Assembly: GCA_030609325.1 (NCBI GenBank)
Contig: JAUWCL010000006.1
Location: 21,286-85,285 of the forward strand
DNA from: Candidatus Krumholzibacteriota bacterium
Lineage (GTDB): Bacteria; Krumholzibacteriota; Krumholzibacteriia; Krumholzibacteriales; Krumholzibacteriaceae
Direction: 5' to 3'
DNA: 64,000 nt
The notes beneath the pieces were generated by a model. It was not told the origin of the DNA. It saw only the letters and a program-made list of their open reading frames with translations, and ran no database searches. The position numbers and the translations under genes were made by a program. Shown piece after piece: positions 35,101 to 43,374 of the stretch; the stretch's first letter is position 1; the number at the start of each line of letters is the position of its first letter.

Positions 35101-36139
35101 CGAGCTCTATGGAAGTTTCAGGTATTATGTCTACGTGCCGTCCACGAAGATATACCTTTACGCCGATGGATACAGGAATTCGCAGGAGGTGGAGACTGAT
35201 TTTGCGTACCAGGCTTTCAGTATCTACATCTGGGTCGAGCCCGGTGGCAACGGGGTCTTCGCAGCTGAGTATTCTCTCAGCCAGCCGGAGACATATTTCC
35301 CGACCGTCGTAACACTCAATCCCGTCTATGTGTCGGTGGCGCTGGGAGATCCCTATGGCGGACACAGCGTTGCCCTGTCGATGTGCGCGCATGACTGGTT
35401 CTGGATCACCCGCATCGACTGCTTCTGCCTCAACCCGGGAGAGCAGGAGCTCGTATGGCCCCGGCCGCACCCCGATGTAGGAGCTATCCAGGTCGCTTCA
35501 TGCTTGCCGGGACATCCGTTGGAGCCGGTGGTGGCGACCTATCCCCTGCTCATAAATGCGTCCTATATAGGCACTCTTCTGGACAGCTGGGCCGTATCCT
35601 TCAAGAGCGGCGGTATAGAGCTGACCTGGTCGATCCTCGAGACGCAGGAATCCCCTGAATTCGAGGTCTCGAGGACCCCGGAAGGTGTTGAAGAAGCATG
35701 GCGGCAGCTGCCGGGCGGGCTGATCCGCAGCGACGGCCTGAAATACACGATAGTCGACAGCGACATCGAATTCGGCCAGTCGTACAGGTACCGCGTCGAA
35801 GTCGTTGGTTATGACGGTCGAAAGATCCTCTTCGAGACCGGCGCGGTCTCGACTCCGGTCATGCCGCTCACGCTCCGGCAGAACAGCCCCAATCCATTCA
35901 ATCCATCGACCAGTATCGGTTTCTTCCTCCCGCAGCCGGGGCATGTCCGCCTGGAAATATTCGACGTCAACGGGAGACTTGTCAACGTTCTCGTCGACGG
36001 CCACTATGTGAGCGGCGAGCATTCGGTTGACTGGGACGGGCAGGACGGCGGCGGCTCCCGGGTCACGTCGGGAGTCTATTTCTACAGGTTGATCGCGGGG
36101 AAGGAGAGCCTGTCGCGCAAGATGGTGCTTCTCAAGTGA
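32177..36139 (+). CDS. giant surface protein: eight SbsA/Big_5-like Ig domains bracketed by a duplicated Cys-containing domain, with a T9SS-type C-terminal sorting domain
   Basis: RBS GGAGGGG then MTMRRTFVLFILVSTIPFAVLAQA. Eight modules open with D(T/I)xPP-type motifs (DTDPPIPL, DTTPPTIE, DTIPPVLV, DVYPPEVI, DDIPPRLL, DESPPVIL and others). The C-terminus is LRQNSPNPFNPSTSIGFFL...IFDVNGRLV...SGVYFYRLIAGKESLSRKMVLLK. Confidence 0.8.
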   Translation: MTMRRTFVLFILVSTIPFAVLAQAPEIGRIALYADSFRTTNEVNLPAPYTLFDLYIFCQPGENGMNCAEFALESSTESMVISNTDWHPGLSVVLGDLGSGVSACFLDCQTDWVCISRVTMLNTIAGPASIDIVRHPMSGYYQFASCLEGSPIEPVFIGPRLCINSVCTPDTDPPIPLSVDVEDDIHIALQFDEKIFEPDAVTLASYLIYRTDGISDTIPVNFALLESEEDRVWMVLGAPLADAPYTLEIMGLRDVAGNASAPGTGIAFRGFDTTPPTIEYVYAPDNYTAMLVFSEPVTQASAEDISNYSFGCTGPGCIVAPQPVSAELQPDGRSVAVTLDSPMAQDAVYLVIIEGITDLAGHVLVGAVVAHFTPPDLFLPYVTEVSIVADTSLAILWNETLDPVTAGDLVNYSFSKDGPPAEPMTLISADLFGGIRLRLNFEPAIDSEAEYTLFVSGVMDTSMNVMLPDTVHIIPLDTIPPVLVSAECMGLQDVDLTFSEPIDPSMTGSVSFFQVYPLGNPETLLDISGISCHLDCSVVRLHLAENLTAGADYTVRVTHIRDLAGNSIPSQQLDFTCYDVYPPEVIEIFLSDLTHVNIRFDEVVNATAAETTSYILFETADSTAVVDISSVALYDGGTRAMLMTGAPLSMGEMYTLKIDGIGDMVGNMIDPDTSWTFTAEDTVDPSLLNLTVTSDSIVHLEFDEPLDPASAEAVANYAVVEAGDTSARLPLQSATLDTAGMIVDLEIDGQATIGTLYEVWIIGVTDIAGNALYAAFGGFEFIDDIPPRLLSAEGATIRNVNVHFNEGITSATARDENNFTLHLAGDPMSEIDIFLSDRLPDQMSVKLVLGEDMLQHEDYTIEVTGIMDLAGHMMEPDSTDFHFVDESPPVILNVNLVNPTRLSIWFSEPVDSVTASDTGNYAVYLFSDASQQITVTSVDWMTDEVRLDLATEPQPNVEYTIRIDGVEDRFGNVATELYGSFRYYVYVPSTKIYLYADGYRNSQEVETDFAYQAFSIYIWVEPGGNGVFAAEYSLSQPETYFPTVVTLNPVYVSVALGDPYGGHSVALSMCAHDWFWITRIDCFCLNPGEQELVWPRPHPDVGAIQVASCLPGHPLEPVVATYPLLINASYIGTLLDSWAVSFKSGGIELTWSILETQESPEFEVSRTPEGVEEAWRQLPGGLIRSDGLKYTIVDSDIEFGQSYRYRVEVVGYDGRKILFETGAVSTPVMPLTLRQNSPNPFNPSTSIGFFLPQPGHVRLEIFDVNGRLVNVLVDGHYVSGEHSVDWDGQDGGGSRVTSGVYFYRLIAGKESLSRKMVLLK

Positions 36140-36170
36140 CGTATCTCTTTTGAGTAAATAGATTTTCAGG

Positions 36171-36214
36171 AAACCCGGTTGTATAGAGATCCGAGATCCA
36201 GCAGCCGGGTTTTT
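36171..36214 (+). terminator. hairpin plus T-run terminator after the adhesin gene
   Basis: AAACCCGGTTG - 20-nt loop - CAGCCGGGTTT (one G-U pair) followed by TT. Confidence 0.5.
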
Positions 36215-36291
36215 CATGGATCAAACGGCTTCAAGGATCACAGTACTGTTCCATGTGCTTTTCCCCGAAAGCTCTTTTGGCCTCCAGGCGG

Positions 36292-36801
36292 TTATGCTTC
36301 GCGCATATTCGTAGAGAGCAGAGAGCGTATCCGCTCGAGCTTCTCGAGAAATCCTGGATCTACCCCGAACTCTACCCTGAACCTCTGCTCAAGGACCATA
36401 CGGCGCTCAGTCCCGGGCCCTTCTCCGCTGTCCGGGCCGCTCGCGCCGCCGGCAGCGCTGCCGCTGCCGCAAGAGTTGGGGAATTTCCCACTCCCATCAA
36501 TGGGAGTGGGAATTTCCCCACTTTTGGTCTGACTGCCGGCCTCTCCATAAGTTCCGACTCTGGTATCATCTACGGGTACCTGGATCTCGGTCATAACATA
36601 CACCGGCTGGACCTTGTCCCTGATCGAGCTCTTCGGCCTGTGCCTTGATAATATCAAGTCGACCTCACGGCCCGATCTGCCCTCGATCCCGGCAAGAAGC
36701 CTCTCGGCGTTTCCGGGAGTGATGATCCCGGTTATCTTCGCCACATTGGTCAGGTTCGTTCTGCCTGAGGCTCGCACAGCGCGTAAATCAGTGCGGGTCA
36801 C
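36292..36801 (-). CDS. hypothetical protein; resembles the N-terminal/middle part of DUF222-HNH endonuclease-family proteins, HNH domain absent (probable remnant)
   Basis: SGRTNLTNVAKITGIITPGNAERLLAGIEGRSGREVDLILSRHRPK and RFRVEFGVDPGFLEKLERIRSLLS follow, from my memory of the family, the pattern seen upstream of HNH domains. Only ~150 nt remain downstream before the next gene's terminator. The middle of the ORF is Gly/Ser/Pro low-complexity. Confidence 0.3.
   Translation of the reverse strand: MTRTDLRAVRASGRTNLTNVAKITGIITPGNAERLLAGIEGRSGREVDLILSRHRPKSSIRDKVQPVYVMTEIQVPVDDTRVGTYGEAGSQTKSGEIPTPIDGSGKFPNSCGSGSAAGGASGPDSGEGPGTERRMVLEQRFRVEFGVDPGFLEKLERIRSLLSTNMREA
36478..36519. repeat. 42-bp near-perfect palindrome (20-bp arms, 1 mismatch, 2-nt loop)
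   Basis: GGGGAATTTCCCACTCCCAT-ca-ATGGGAGTGGGAATTTCCCC. The inner 11 bp pair perfectly. It also carries two direct copies of GGGAATTTCCC. Confidence 0.85.
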
Positions 36802-36927
36802 GGACTTTCGGGAAAAGGGGCTGAAAATCGCGTAAAGGGAAATCTTCGGAAATCTTCGAAAAATCGTATTTTCTGGAAGATTTTTTCAGGATCATTCAGG
36901 CAGGCCGGAGCAGAGAGAGAAAGAGAA

Positions 36928-36962
36928 AGAGGGGAAGCGACCTCTGAAATCGCTCCCCCTCT
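36928..36962 (-). terminator. hairpin terminator downstream of the DegT/CDF transcription unit
   Basis: AGAGGGGAAGCGA-cctctgaaa-TCGCTCCCCCTCT (13-bp stem, 1 mismatch). On the minus strand it is followed by TTCTCTTTCTCTCTCT. Confidence 0.45.
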
Positions 36963-37033
36963 TTCTCATGTCATTACCATCTGGATCAGTATGATCATGA
37001 CCGGTACGATTAGGATACTGATGCAGGCGGCGG

Positions 37034-38230
37034 CTATACCGATCCGACGGTTTCACTCACCGCATCGATCACGTACTCGACCTCTTCGTCGGTCAGCTTC
37101 GGGTAGAGCGGGAGGCTGATAGTCCGCGCGCCGATCTCTTCGGCCACGGGGAACATCCCGTCCTCGAACCCGAACCTCTCGCGGTAGTAGGTCATCTGGT
37201 GGATCGGGACGAAGTTGATAGAGACGCTGACGCCGCGCTTCTGGAGGCCGTTCATCACGGCATCCCTCCTGGCCGGGTCGACGAGGATCGTCAGCAGGTG
37301 ATAGGCATGCTCCGCCTCGGGTCTTGTCGTATGGAGCTCGATCCCGTCCATCGCGGAGAAGGCCTCTGTATATCGCTCGAAGATCTCACGGCGCCGCTCG
37401 CCGTAATCGCCGATTTTTTTGAGCTGCTCGATCAGTATTGCTGCGTGGATGCTGTCCATGTTGTATTTCCAGCCGAACATCCCGATGTCGTACTTCTCGT
37501 AGTTGCTCGTGTACCTGTCTACGGCGAGCTGGTTGAACCCGTGCAGCCGCAGCATGTTGAGCAGTTCGTACTGTTTCTCGTCGCGGACCGTTATTGCGCC
37601 GCCCTCTCCCGAGGTGATGTTCTTCGTCGCGTAGAAGCTGAAAGCAGCGTACTCGCCGTAGTGCCCCGGCGCCTTCCCGTTCCATTTCGCCTCGATCGAG
37701 TGTGCCGCGTCCTCGACGATGAAGAGACCGTGCCTGTCTGCCACCGCCCTGAGCGCGTCCATGTCGCACATCTGCCCGTAGAGGTGAACGGGCATGATCG
37801 CCTTCGTGTGTTCTGTCACCGCCGCCTCGACCGCCTCGGGATCGATGTTGCCCGTCCCGCGGTCGACGTCGACGAGCACGGGGGTCGCGCCGGTCATCAG
37901 CGCGGCGTTGGGGGTTCCTATGAATGTCAGGGTGGTCGTGATTACCTCGTCCCCCGGCTGCACGCCGCCGGCGAGCAGGGCAAGCTGCATCGCCGCGGTG
38001 CAGCTTGTCACCGCTACCGTGTGCGGCAGATCGAGGTATCCGGCCAGGTCGTTCTCGAATTCGTAGACAGTCTCACCTGTTGTTATGAACAGGGATTCGA
38101 GAACTTCGCGGAGGCGCTGCAGCTCTTCCTCTTCGATGCCGTGCCTGAAAAACTCGATCTTTTTCAATTCGTGCTCCCTTTCTCTTTCTCTGACGATGTC
38201 TGTCTGTCCCCGGCGGCCGGGCGCCTCCAT
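37034..38230 (-). CDS. DegT/DnrJ/EryC1/StrS-family PLP-dependent sugar aminotransferase
   Basis: Motifs FENDLAGYLDLPHTVAVTSCTAAMQLAL, PGDEVITTTLTFIGT and FSFYATKNITSGEGGAI. The ATG at 38230 overlaps the CDF gene by 67 nt. A later start is likely (GTG at 38194, or TTG at 38167 forming TTGA with the CDF stop). Confidence 0.85.
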   Translation of the reverse strand: MEAPGRRGQTDIVREREREHELKKIEFFRHGIEEEELQRLREVLESLFITTGETVYEFENDLAGYLDLPHTVAVTSCTAAMQLALLAGGVQPGDEVITTTLTFIGTPNAALMTGATPVLVDVDRGTGNIDPEAVEAAVTEHTKAIMPVHLYGQMCDMDALRAVADRHGLFIVEDAAHSIEAKWNGKAPGHYGEYAAFSFYATKNITSGEGGAITVRDEKQYELLNMLRLHGFNQLAVDRYTSNYEKYDIGMFGWKYNMDSIHAAILIEQLKKIGDYGERRREIFERYTEAFSAMDGIELHTTRPEAEHAYHLLTILVDPARRDAVMNGLQKRGVSVSINFVPIHQMTYYRERFGFEDGMFPVAEEIGARTISLPLYPKLTDEEVEYVIDAVSETVGSV

Positions 38231-39141
38231 GCGACGTCCTCCCGCCTGTCCGGATCGACATGGACGAGGATCTTCTCGATATCTTCGAATTTCGTCGTCA
38301 CCATTTTCACCACACGGTCTATTATATCATGCGCTTCTGCAACGGTCATGCCGGGATCGACGACAATGTGCAGCTCCATCCGTATCCGTCTGGCGTAATA
38401 CCTCGCCATGATATCGTGACACTGCCGTACGCCGGGCACCCGCTCTACGGTGAGCCTGACCGCATTGATGAGCTCTGCCGGTGGAGCCGTATCGACGATC
38501 TTTCGTAACGCGCTCCAGAGGATCTCCGCCGCTACGCGCGCGATAAAGAACGAGACAAAGAGAGCGGCGTACGAATCAAGGACCCGGAGCCTGGGTACGA
38601 AGGATGCGACCGACACTCCGCCGAGCGTGACGATCGATGACCACGCGTCGGAGCGGTGGTGCCACGCGTTTGCCATAAGCGCCTCGCTACCGACCTTTCT
38701 CCCGATCCTGACGGTGACCTTGTAGAGCAATTCCTTTGCAACGACCGATACAGCCGCGATAATTATGGTAAAGCGGTGCGGCGCCGCTACGTCGCCCCTG
38801 TATATGGCGAGCGCCGCCTCGTAGCCGATCTTTATCGCCACTGCGAGAAGGAGCGCGCCGACCCCGATCGCTGCGAGTGTCTCGATCTTACCGTGCCCGT
38901 ACGGGTGCTCCTCGTCCTTCCCCTTCCCCAGGAAGTGAAGTCCGATCAGCACGATGAAATCGGACATGAGATCGGAAATCGAATGGACGGCGTCGGCGAT
39001 CAGCGCGCGGCTGCGGCCGGCCAGCCCGCCCCACAGCTTCAGCGCGATCAGGACGGCGTTTACGCCCATCCCCACCCAGGTGATCCTGCGTCCCTCCTCG
39101 AGGTCGTGGTGGTGATCGTGGTCGTGTGAGTGCCCGCCCAT
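38164..39141 (-). CDS. cation diffusion facilitator (CDF) family divalent-metal efflux transporter
   Basis: His-rich N-terminus MGGHSHDHDHHHD. Motifs ADAVHSISDLMSD and HHRSDAWSSIVTLGG. Six TM helices and a C-terminal cytoplasmic domain. Confidence 0.88.
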   Translation of the reverse strand: MGGHSHDHDHHHDLEEGRRITWVGMGVNAVLIALKLWGGLAGRSRALIADAVHSISDLMSDFIVLIGLHFLGKGKDEEHPYGHGKIETLAAIGVGALLLAVAIKIGYEAALAIYRGDVAAPHRFTIIIAAVSVVAKELLYKVTVRIGRKVGSEALMANAWHHRSDAWSSIVTLGGVSVASFVPRLRVLDSYAALFVSFFIARVAAEILWSALRKIVDTAPPAELINAVRLTVERVPGVRQCHDIMARYYARRIRMELHIVVDPGMTVAEAHDIIDRVVKMVTTKFEDIEKILVHVDPDRREDVAWRRPAAGDRQTSSEKEKGSTN

Positions 39142-39231
39142 TCTCTCTCCGTATGCCCCCGATAATGCAGGACCGCCCTTCGGAGGCGGTCCGTTGCTTA
39201 TGATCTCAGCGAATCGATTCTACAGACCGTA

Positions 39232-42200
39232 CTAGCGGAGGTAAACCATCTTTCTCGTCTGCCTGAATTTTCCCGCCTTTATCCGAGCGAAGTAGACGCC
39301 GGACGTGACCGCCCTGCCGGCGTTGTCCCTGCCGTTCCATTCGGTGACGTGCCTGCCGGACGAACGCGCCGTGCCCGATTCGAGAGTGCGGATCAGCCTT
39401 CCGCCTGTGTCGTATATATGGAGGTCGACGATGCCGGCCTCGGCCAGCGTGTAGGAGATGTTCGTCACGCCGTTAAACGGATTGGGGTAGTTCTGTTCGA
39501 GCGCCGTGACATAGACGGGCGTCTCGTCCTCTTCTTCCTCGTCCCCGCCGACCGCGGTCTGATCCTTGATGGAGAAGTATCCCTCGCTGATTCCCTCGCT
39601 CGTGTTGAGCGCCGCGTCGTACGCGACGATCTTTACTACGCAAGAGTCGGCGTCCATCACCGGGATCTCCCAATCGCAGATCGAGTCGTTCGGCTCGTTG
39701 CTGAAGAGGAGTGTATAATCGGCGCCGGCGTCGACCGAAAGCCAGATGCTGACCGAGTCGACCACGTTGTTGTCGGTCGCGATCCACTGGATTGCCAGCA
39801 TGTGGCCCACGTAGAACCTCTGCGTACCGTTCGGGTGGACTACATGCACGACCGGATCGATCTCGTCGCCCGAGGTGCAGTCCCCGGTGAGGTTAGACCA
39901 GCCGCCGCTGTACCCCGCCGCGTTGATGGCGGCTATACGGTAGTACATGCAGTCGTAGTATATATCATGATCGAACGTCGTCTGGGACGCGGGCACTGTG
40001 GTGTGCCACGTGGTATCCCCGGGAACGAAATCCGACAGCGGCGAGCCGTAGATGTGGTAGAGCTCCGCCTCGCCTGGAGGCAGACCGGTCCACGAGAGGT
40101 GGTATGTCTGCCCGTCAATGGCTGTCGCGAGAAGGTCCTGCACGAAGGTCGGGGCGGCGAAATCGGCATCCGGGCCGCCGTGAGCGCCCAGGTCGGCCCT
40201 CGAGCCGTCGGGGTCTCCAGGCCCGGCCGGGTCGCCCCTGTCGATCGCGCCGGAATGCGCCCCGAGATGGTAGTCGAATGCCGCCGTGTCGGCGTAGTGC
40301 GGGTCGCTGACGACGTTTGTCTCGTCGGGCGTCACGAGGAAGTAGTCTTCGGGTGAGTTGCCGAATGCGCTGTTGTATCTCATGTCGATGTTCGTCAGGC
40401 TGCTCGCCTGGAACCCGTGGCCGCTGCCGAACGTGAAGAGGTTGTTCTTCACCGTCAGCGGTTCCATCGTCCCGAGCATCACGTTGCCGCCCCCGTAAAC
40501 CGCGGAGTTGCGGTCGAACGTGCTCTGGTCGATCCCTCCCCAGGCGCTGTCGGCGTAGAGGCCGCCTCCGATAATAGACGATTCGTTGAGAGCGAGGATC
40601 GCGTTGTCGATGTCGATCGCGGCCCACCTGTGGTAGATCCCGCCGCCCATCGAGCCGGCGGCGTTACCCGACACGAAGGTTCCCGAGACGGTGAGGCCGG
40701 CCCTCTCCGTGCAGATACCGCCCCCGCAGGAGATGCACGCATTCGACGAGATCGTGTCGCCGTCAAGCGCGACCGAGCCGAACATCGCATAGATCCCGCC
40801 GCCGTGCGCGTAGCCCGAGCAGTTTTCGATCACGTTGCCCGACATTGCGATGTCCGAGTGGAGCGCGAATATCCCGCCGCCCTTCTTCGTCCCGCCGTAC
40901 TCGGCGAAGGGGAAGGCGCCGCTGATCGCGTTGCCCGTGATCTCGGCCGACGCCTGATAGAGGTAGATCCCTCCGCCGCTCTGGGCGACGCAGTTCGTAA
41001 TCGTGTTGCCCGCGATCGTCGCCGCGCCGTTATAGCAGGAGATCGCACCGCCCCCGCTGAACTGGGTGCCGTTCGTGTATCCGCAATTCGTTATCGTGTT
41101 GTTCGTTATCGATGGAGAGGCGTTGTATGCGAATACCCCGCCGCCGTAGATCCCGTTATCGGGGAGCAGTGCGCTCTTGCCCGATCCGCCGGTGAGAGTG
41201 AATCCGTCTATCCCGCAGAAGCCGGTGACGTTCATGAACGAGACGATGCTGCCGAGGCTCTGGATCGTCGTGATGTTCACCGACGGATCCCGCGACGAGA
41301 ATCCCGCGTCCCACCCGCCGAGGAGCAAAACCGCCGATTCGACAGTGACGTTCGAGTAATATGTCGCGGCCGCTACCATGATCGAGTCGCCGTCCCAGGC
41401 GGCGTCGACCGCGTCCTGGATATCGAGGGCCGCCCATGGCGGCAGCGTGTACGGATATATGTTGCCGCCGGTGGAGGAGACGTATACGTACGGCTTGCCG
41501 ACGATCCTGAAGTCGCTCTCGCTCGTGTCGTACCCTCCTACTTCGCCGTCGAAATACGCGACGACCTTGATCCTCATCGTGCGGACGGGCCATTCGGGAA
41601 CGGTCCATATGTAGTTCACAGCCGTGCCGGGCAGGCCGCTGACGAGCGTCGAGTCGTAACTCGCGCCGCCGTTGAGGCTGGCCAGAACGCTGATCGAGTC
41701 GGGCGCCTCGCGCGATGTCGTCCAGGTGATCTCGAACTCCTCGCCTACGTCGAACTCCTCTCCGCCGTCCGGATCGGTCAGGTCTACGAAGACGACGCTG
41801 GGGATGTAATAGATCGTGTAGACGCCGCCCTCGGCGATGCCGCATACGCCGTATCTTATGTAGGCGTACCCACCGATGCCCCAGTCCGGGCCCCAGCTGT
41901 TCTTGACGATCCAGGCACCCGCGCCGCCGCAAGCCGAGTCGTCCCAGCCGACGATGAGCATCGCATGGTTCGGCGTGTAGTCGTAATGTTCGTCCCAGCA
42001 ACCGCCGGCGTACTGGTAGAAGGTGGCGTACACGTGAAAGGAGGTAGTGACGGGGCCATAGTCGTAGATCGCCTGCTTGATCTCCGTCGCGGAAGGGGAT
42101 ACCGCGACGTATCCTGAGATCTTCGCCAGCGGCTCGCAGGATGTCTGCGTGCAGGGATGGCCGTCGGACGCGGTGTAGGGTATGCATGCCTCGGCGACCG

Positions 42201-42726
42201 CCCCGTAAGTCCGGAAGACGGAATAGGCCGACTGCATCCAGCCGCCGCTGCAGTCCGCGCCGTTGGGATTGCAGTCGATTATCGCCTGCTCGGAGAGATC
42301 GAGTATCCGCGCGTCGTAGATCCTCGCGAACGATTCGAGCTGCGCGACCGCGGCGAATGCCCAGCACGAACCGCATCCGGCCTGGTTGGTGACGGGCGTG
42401 ACTCCGTTGAGAGCGCGCCAGTCGAATACTGGAGGAACGTCGGCGCTTCCCTCGAATGTCATCAGCGGCAGAGGTGCGATGCCGTCGGCCGGCGCCGGTG
42501 AGGGCAGGAGCCCGAGGAGCTGCTTTCTCTCCTCGGCGGAAAGGGAGCCGGGCCAGGTCTTCCCGGCCGTCCAGCCGCCTCCCCTTTCGGCGATCTCGCG
42601 GTTTATCCTCGCAATTCGCTCATCCTGGGTCTCTTCGGCGTTCGAGACGGCGGGAAGAACGATGATCGACAGTAATATCGACAGGGAAAGAAGCAGGGCC
42701 GGCGGATTGCGATAGCGGTTTCTCAT
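39232..42726 (-). CDS. secreted papain-family (C1A) cysteine protease fused to a right-handed beta-helix region, Ig/FN3-like domains and a T9SS-type C-terminal sorting domain
   Basis: Catalytic motifs QAGCGSCWAFAAVAQLES, PNHAMLIVGWDD and WIVKNSWGPDWG. The beta-helix region has many GGGI(Y/F)/GGG repeats. The C-terminus is LEQNYPNPFNGVTNISYTL...IYDTGGRLI...SGVYFARIKAGKFRQTRKMVYLR. Confidence 0.85.
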   Translation of the reverse strand: MRNRYRNPPALLLSLSILLSIIVLPAVSNAEETQDERIARINREIAERGGGWTAGKTWPGSLSAEERKQLLGLLPSPAPADGIAPLPLMTFEGSADVPPVFDWRALNGVTPVTNQAGCGSCWAFAAVAQLESFARIYDARILDLSEQAIIDCNPNGADCSGGWMQSAYSVFRTYGAVAEACIPYTASDGHPCTQTSCEPLAKISGYVAVSPSATEIKQAIYDYGPVTTSFHVYATFYQYAGGCWDEHYDYTPNHAMLIVGWDDSACGGAGAWIVKNSWGPDWGIGGYAYIRYGVCGIAEGGVYTIYYIPSVVFVDLTDPDGGEEFDVGEEFEITWTTSREAPDSISVLASLNGGASYDSTLVSGLPGTAVNYIWTVPEWPVRTMRIKVVAYFDGEVGGYDTSESDFRIVGKPYVYVSSTGGNIYPYTLPPWAALDIQDAVDAAWDGDSIMVAAATYYSNVTVESAVLLLGGWDAGFSSRDPSVNITTIQSLGSIVSFMNVTGFCGIDGFTLTGGSGKSALLPDNGIYGGGVFAYNASPSITNNTITNCGYTNGTQFSGGGAISCYNGAATIAGNTITNCVAQSGGGIYLYQASAEITGNAISGAFPFAEYGGTKKGGGIFALHSDIAMSGNVIENCSGYAHGGGIYAMFGSVALDGDTISSNACISCGGGICTERAGLTVSGTFVSGNAAGSMGGGIYHRWAAIDIDNAILALNESSIIGGGLYADSAWGGIDQSTFDRNSAVYGGGNVMLGTMEPLTVKNNLFTFGSGHGFQASSLTNIDMRYNSAFGNSPEDYFLVTPDETNVVSDPHYADTAAFDYHLGAHSGAIDRGDPAGPGDPDGSRADLGAHGGPDADFAAPTFVQDLLATAIDGQTYHLSWTGLPPGEAELYHIYGSPLSDFVPGDTTWHTTVPASQTTFDHDIYYDCMYYRIAAINAAGYSGGWSNLTGDCTSGDEIDPVVHVVHPNGTQRFYVGHMLAIQWIATDNNVVDSVSIWLSVDAGADYTLLFSNEPNDSICDWEIPVMDADSCVVKIVAYDAALNTSEGISEGYFSIKDQTAVGGDEEEEDETPVYVTALEQNYPNPFNGVTNISYTLAEAGIVDLHIYDTGGRLIRTLESGTARSSGRHVTEWNGRDNAGRAVTSGVYFARIKAGKFRQTRKMVYLR

Positions 42727-42952
42727 AGGAACGGATTCTCCTTGATGGCGGAACCACGGTGAGATGGCTGTGATGGAATATAATTCTCTGTCACTAAAAT
42801 AAGAATATGAGATGCGGCCGACAAGCGATTTCTGGCTCTCCAGGGCCGCTGTCGGAGATCTCAGAAAAACGATTTCGATACTGGAATTACAGTACGCAAT
42901 TGAATATATTTGTCAGGTATATTTATCGGACAATCATTTGGAGGTAGCGATC

Positions 42953-43177
42953 ATGAAGGAAAAGGTAGCGGCGGTACTTGAGGAGATCAGGCCCAATCTG
43001 CAGGCCGACGGCGGAGATATCGAGCTGGTCGACGTGGTCGACGGAGTGGTTAGGGTAAGGCTCAAGGGTGCCTGCGCGGGCTGCCCGATGTCGCAGATGA
43101 CCCTGACCCACGGCGTCGAGAAGGTCCTGAAGGACAGGATACCCGAGGTCGTGAGGGTCGAGGACGTCTCGATGTAG
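42953..43177 (+). CDS. NifU-like C-terminal domain (Nfu-type Fe-S scaffold) protein
   Basis: 74 aa from MKEKVAAVLEEIRPNLQADGGDIELVDV...LKGACAGCPMSQMTL (CxxC). GGAGG lies 8 nt upstream. The longer ORF start at 42812 is rejected. Confidence 0.8.
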   Translation: MKEKVAAVLEEIRPNLQADGGDIELVDVVDGVVRVRLKGACAGCPMSQMTLTHGVEKVLKDRIPEVVRVEDVSM

Positions 43178-43234
43178 GCGCCGGGTTGACGCCAGTTAGG
43201 CGTCGGCATCACGAATATCCGCGATTTGTTCTAC

Positions 43235-43256
43235 GGGGGCGCAAGCCCCTTTTTCT
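43235..43256 (+). terminator. rho-independent terminator after the nifU-like gene
   Basis: GGGGC-gcaa-GCCCC followed by TTTTTCT. Confidence 0.55.
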
Positions 43257-43374
43257 GGTGCGGTTACGCTCCATTCCGGCAAGCCTGTTCTCCCCGTTCG
43301 TTTTGTCATAATTCTTGCAAATCAGCCCCGTGGAAGTGACCGAAACCCGGGATTCGTCCGCACAGGAGTGCATC

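Noticed and set aside
29653-36139. Periodic repeats that could be mistaken for a CRISPR or satellite array.
   Set aside because: The periodicity is at the protein-domain level (~290-375 nt units, diverged DNA, continuous ORF). There are no short identical direct repeats with unique spacers anywhere in the window.
38164-38230. 67-nt overlap between the CDF transporter gene end and the DegT aminotransferase ATG.
   Set aside because: It is probably an artefact of taking the longest ORF. GTG at 38194 or TTG at 38167 (TTGA start/stop overlap) are plausible true starts, so this is not evidence of anything unusual.
39170-39192. Hairpin GGACCGCC-cttcgga-GGCGGTCC between the protease stop and the CDF start, considered as a terminator.
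   Set aside because: There is no T/U tract on either strand. It may still be a structural element, but I cannot support a terminator call.
40417-42117. 566-aa plus-strand ORF and 406-aa alternative-frame minus-strand ORF (41156..42376) inside the C1 protease gene. Also 37199..38398, 10086..11228, 11054..12397, 4826..5830, 33305..34273 and 34442..35470.
   Set aside because: These are shadow ORFs, antisense or in an alternative frame of the coding strand, with Arg-rich low-information translations. The overlapping annotated frame carries the catalytic or domain motifs in every case.
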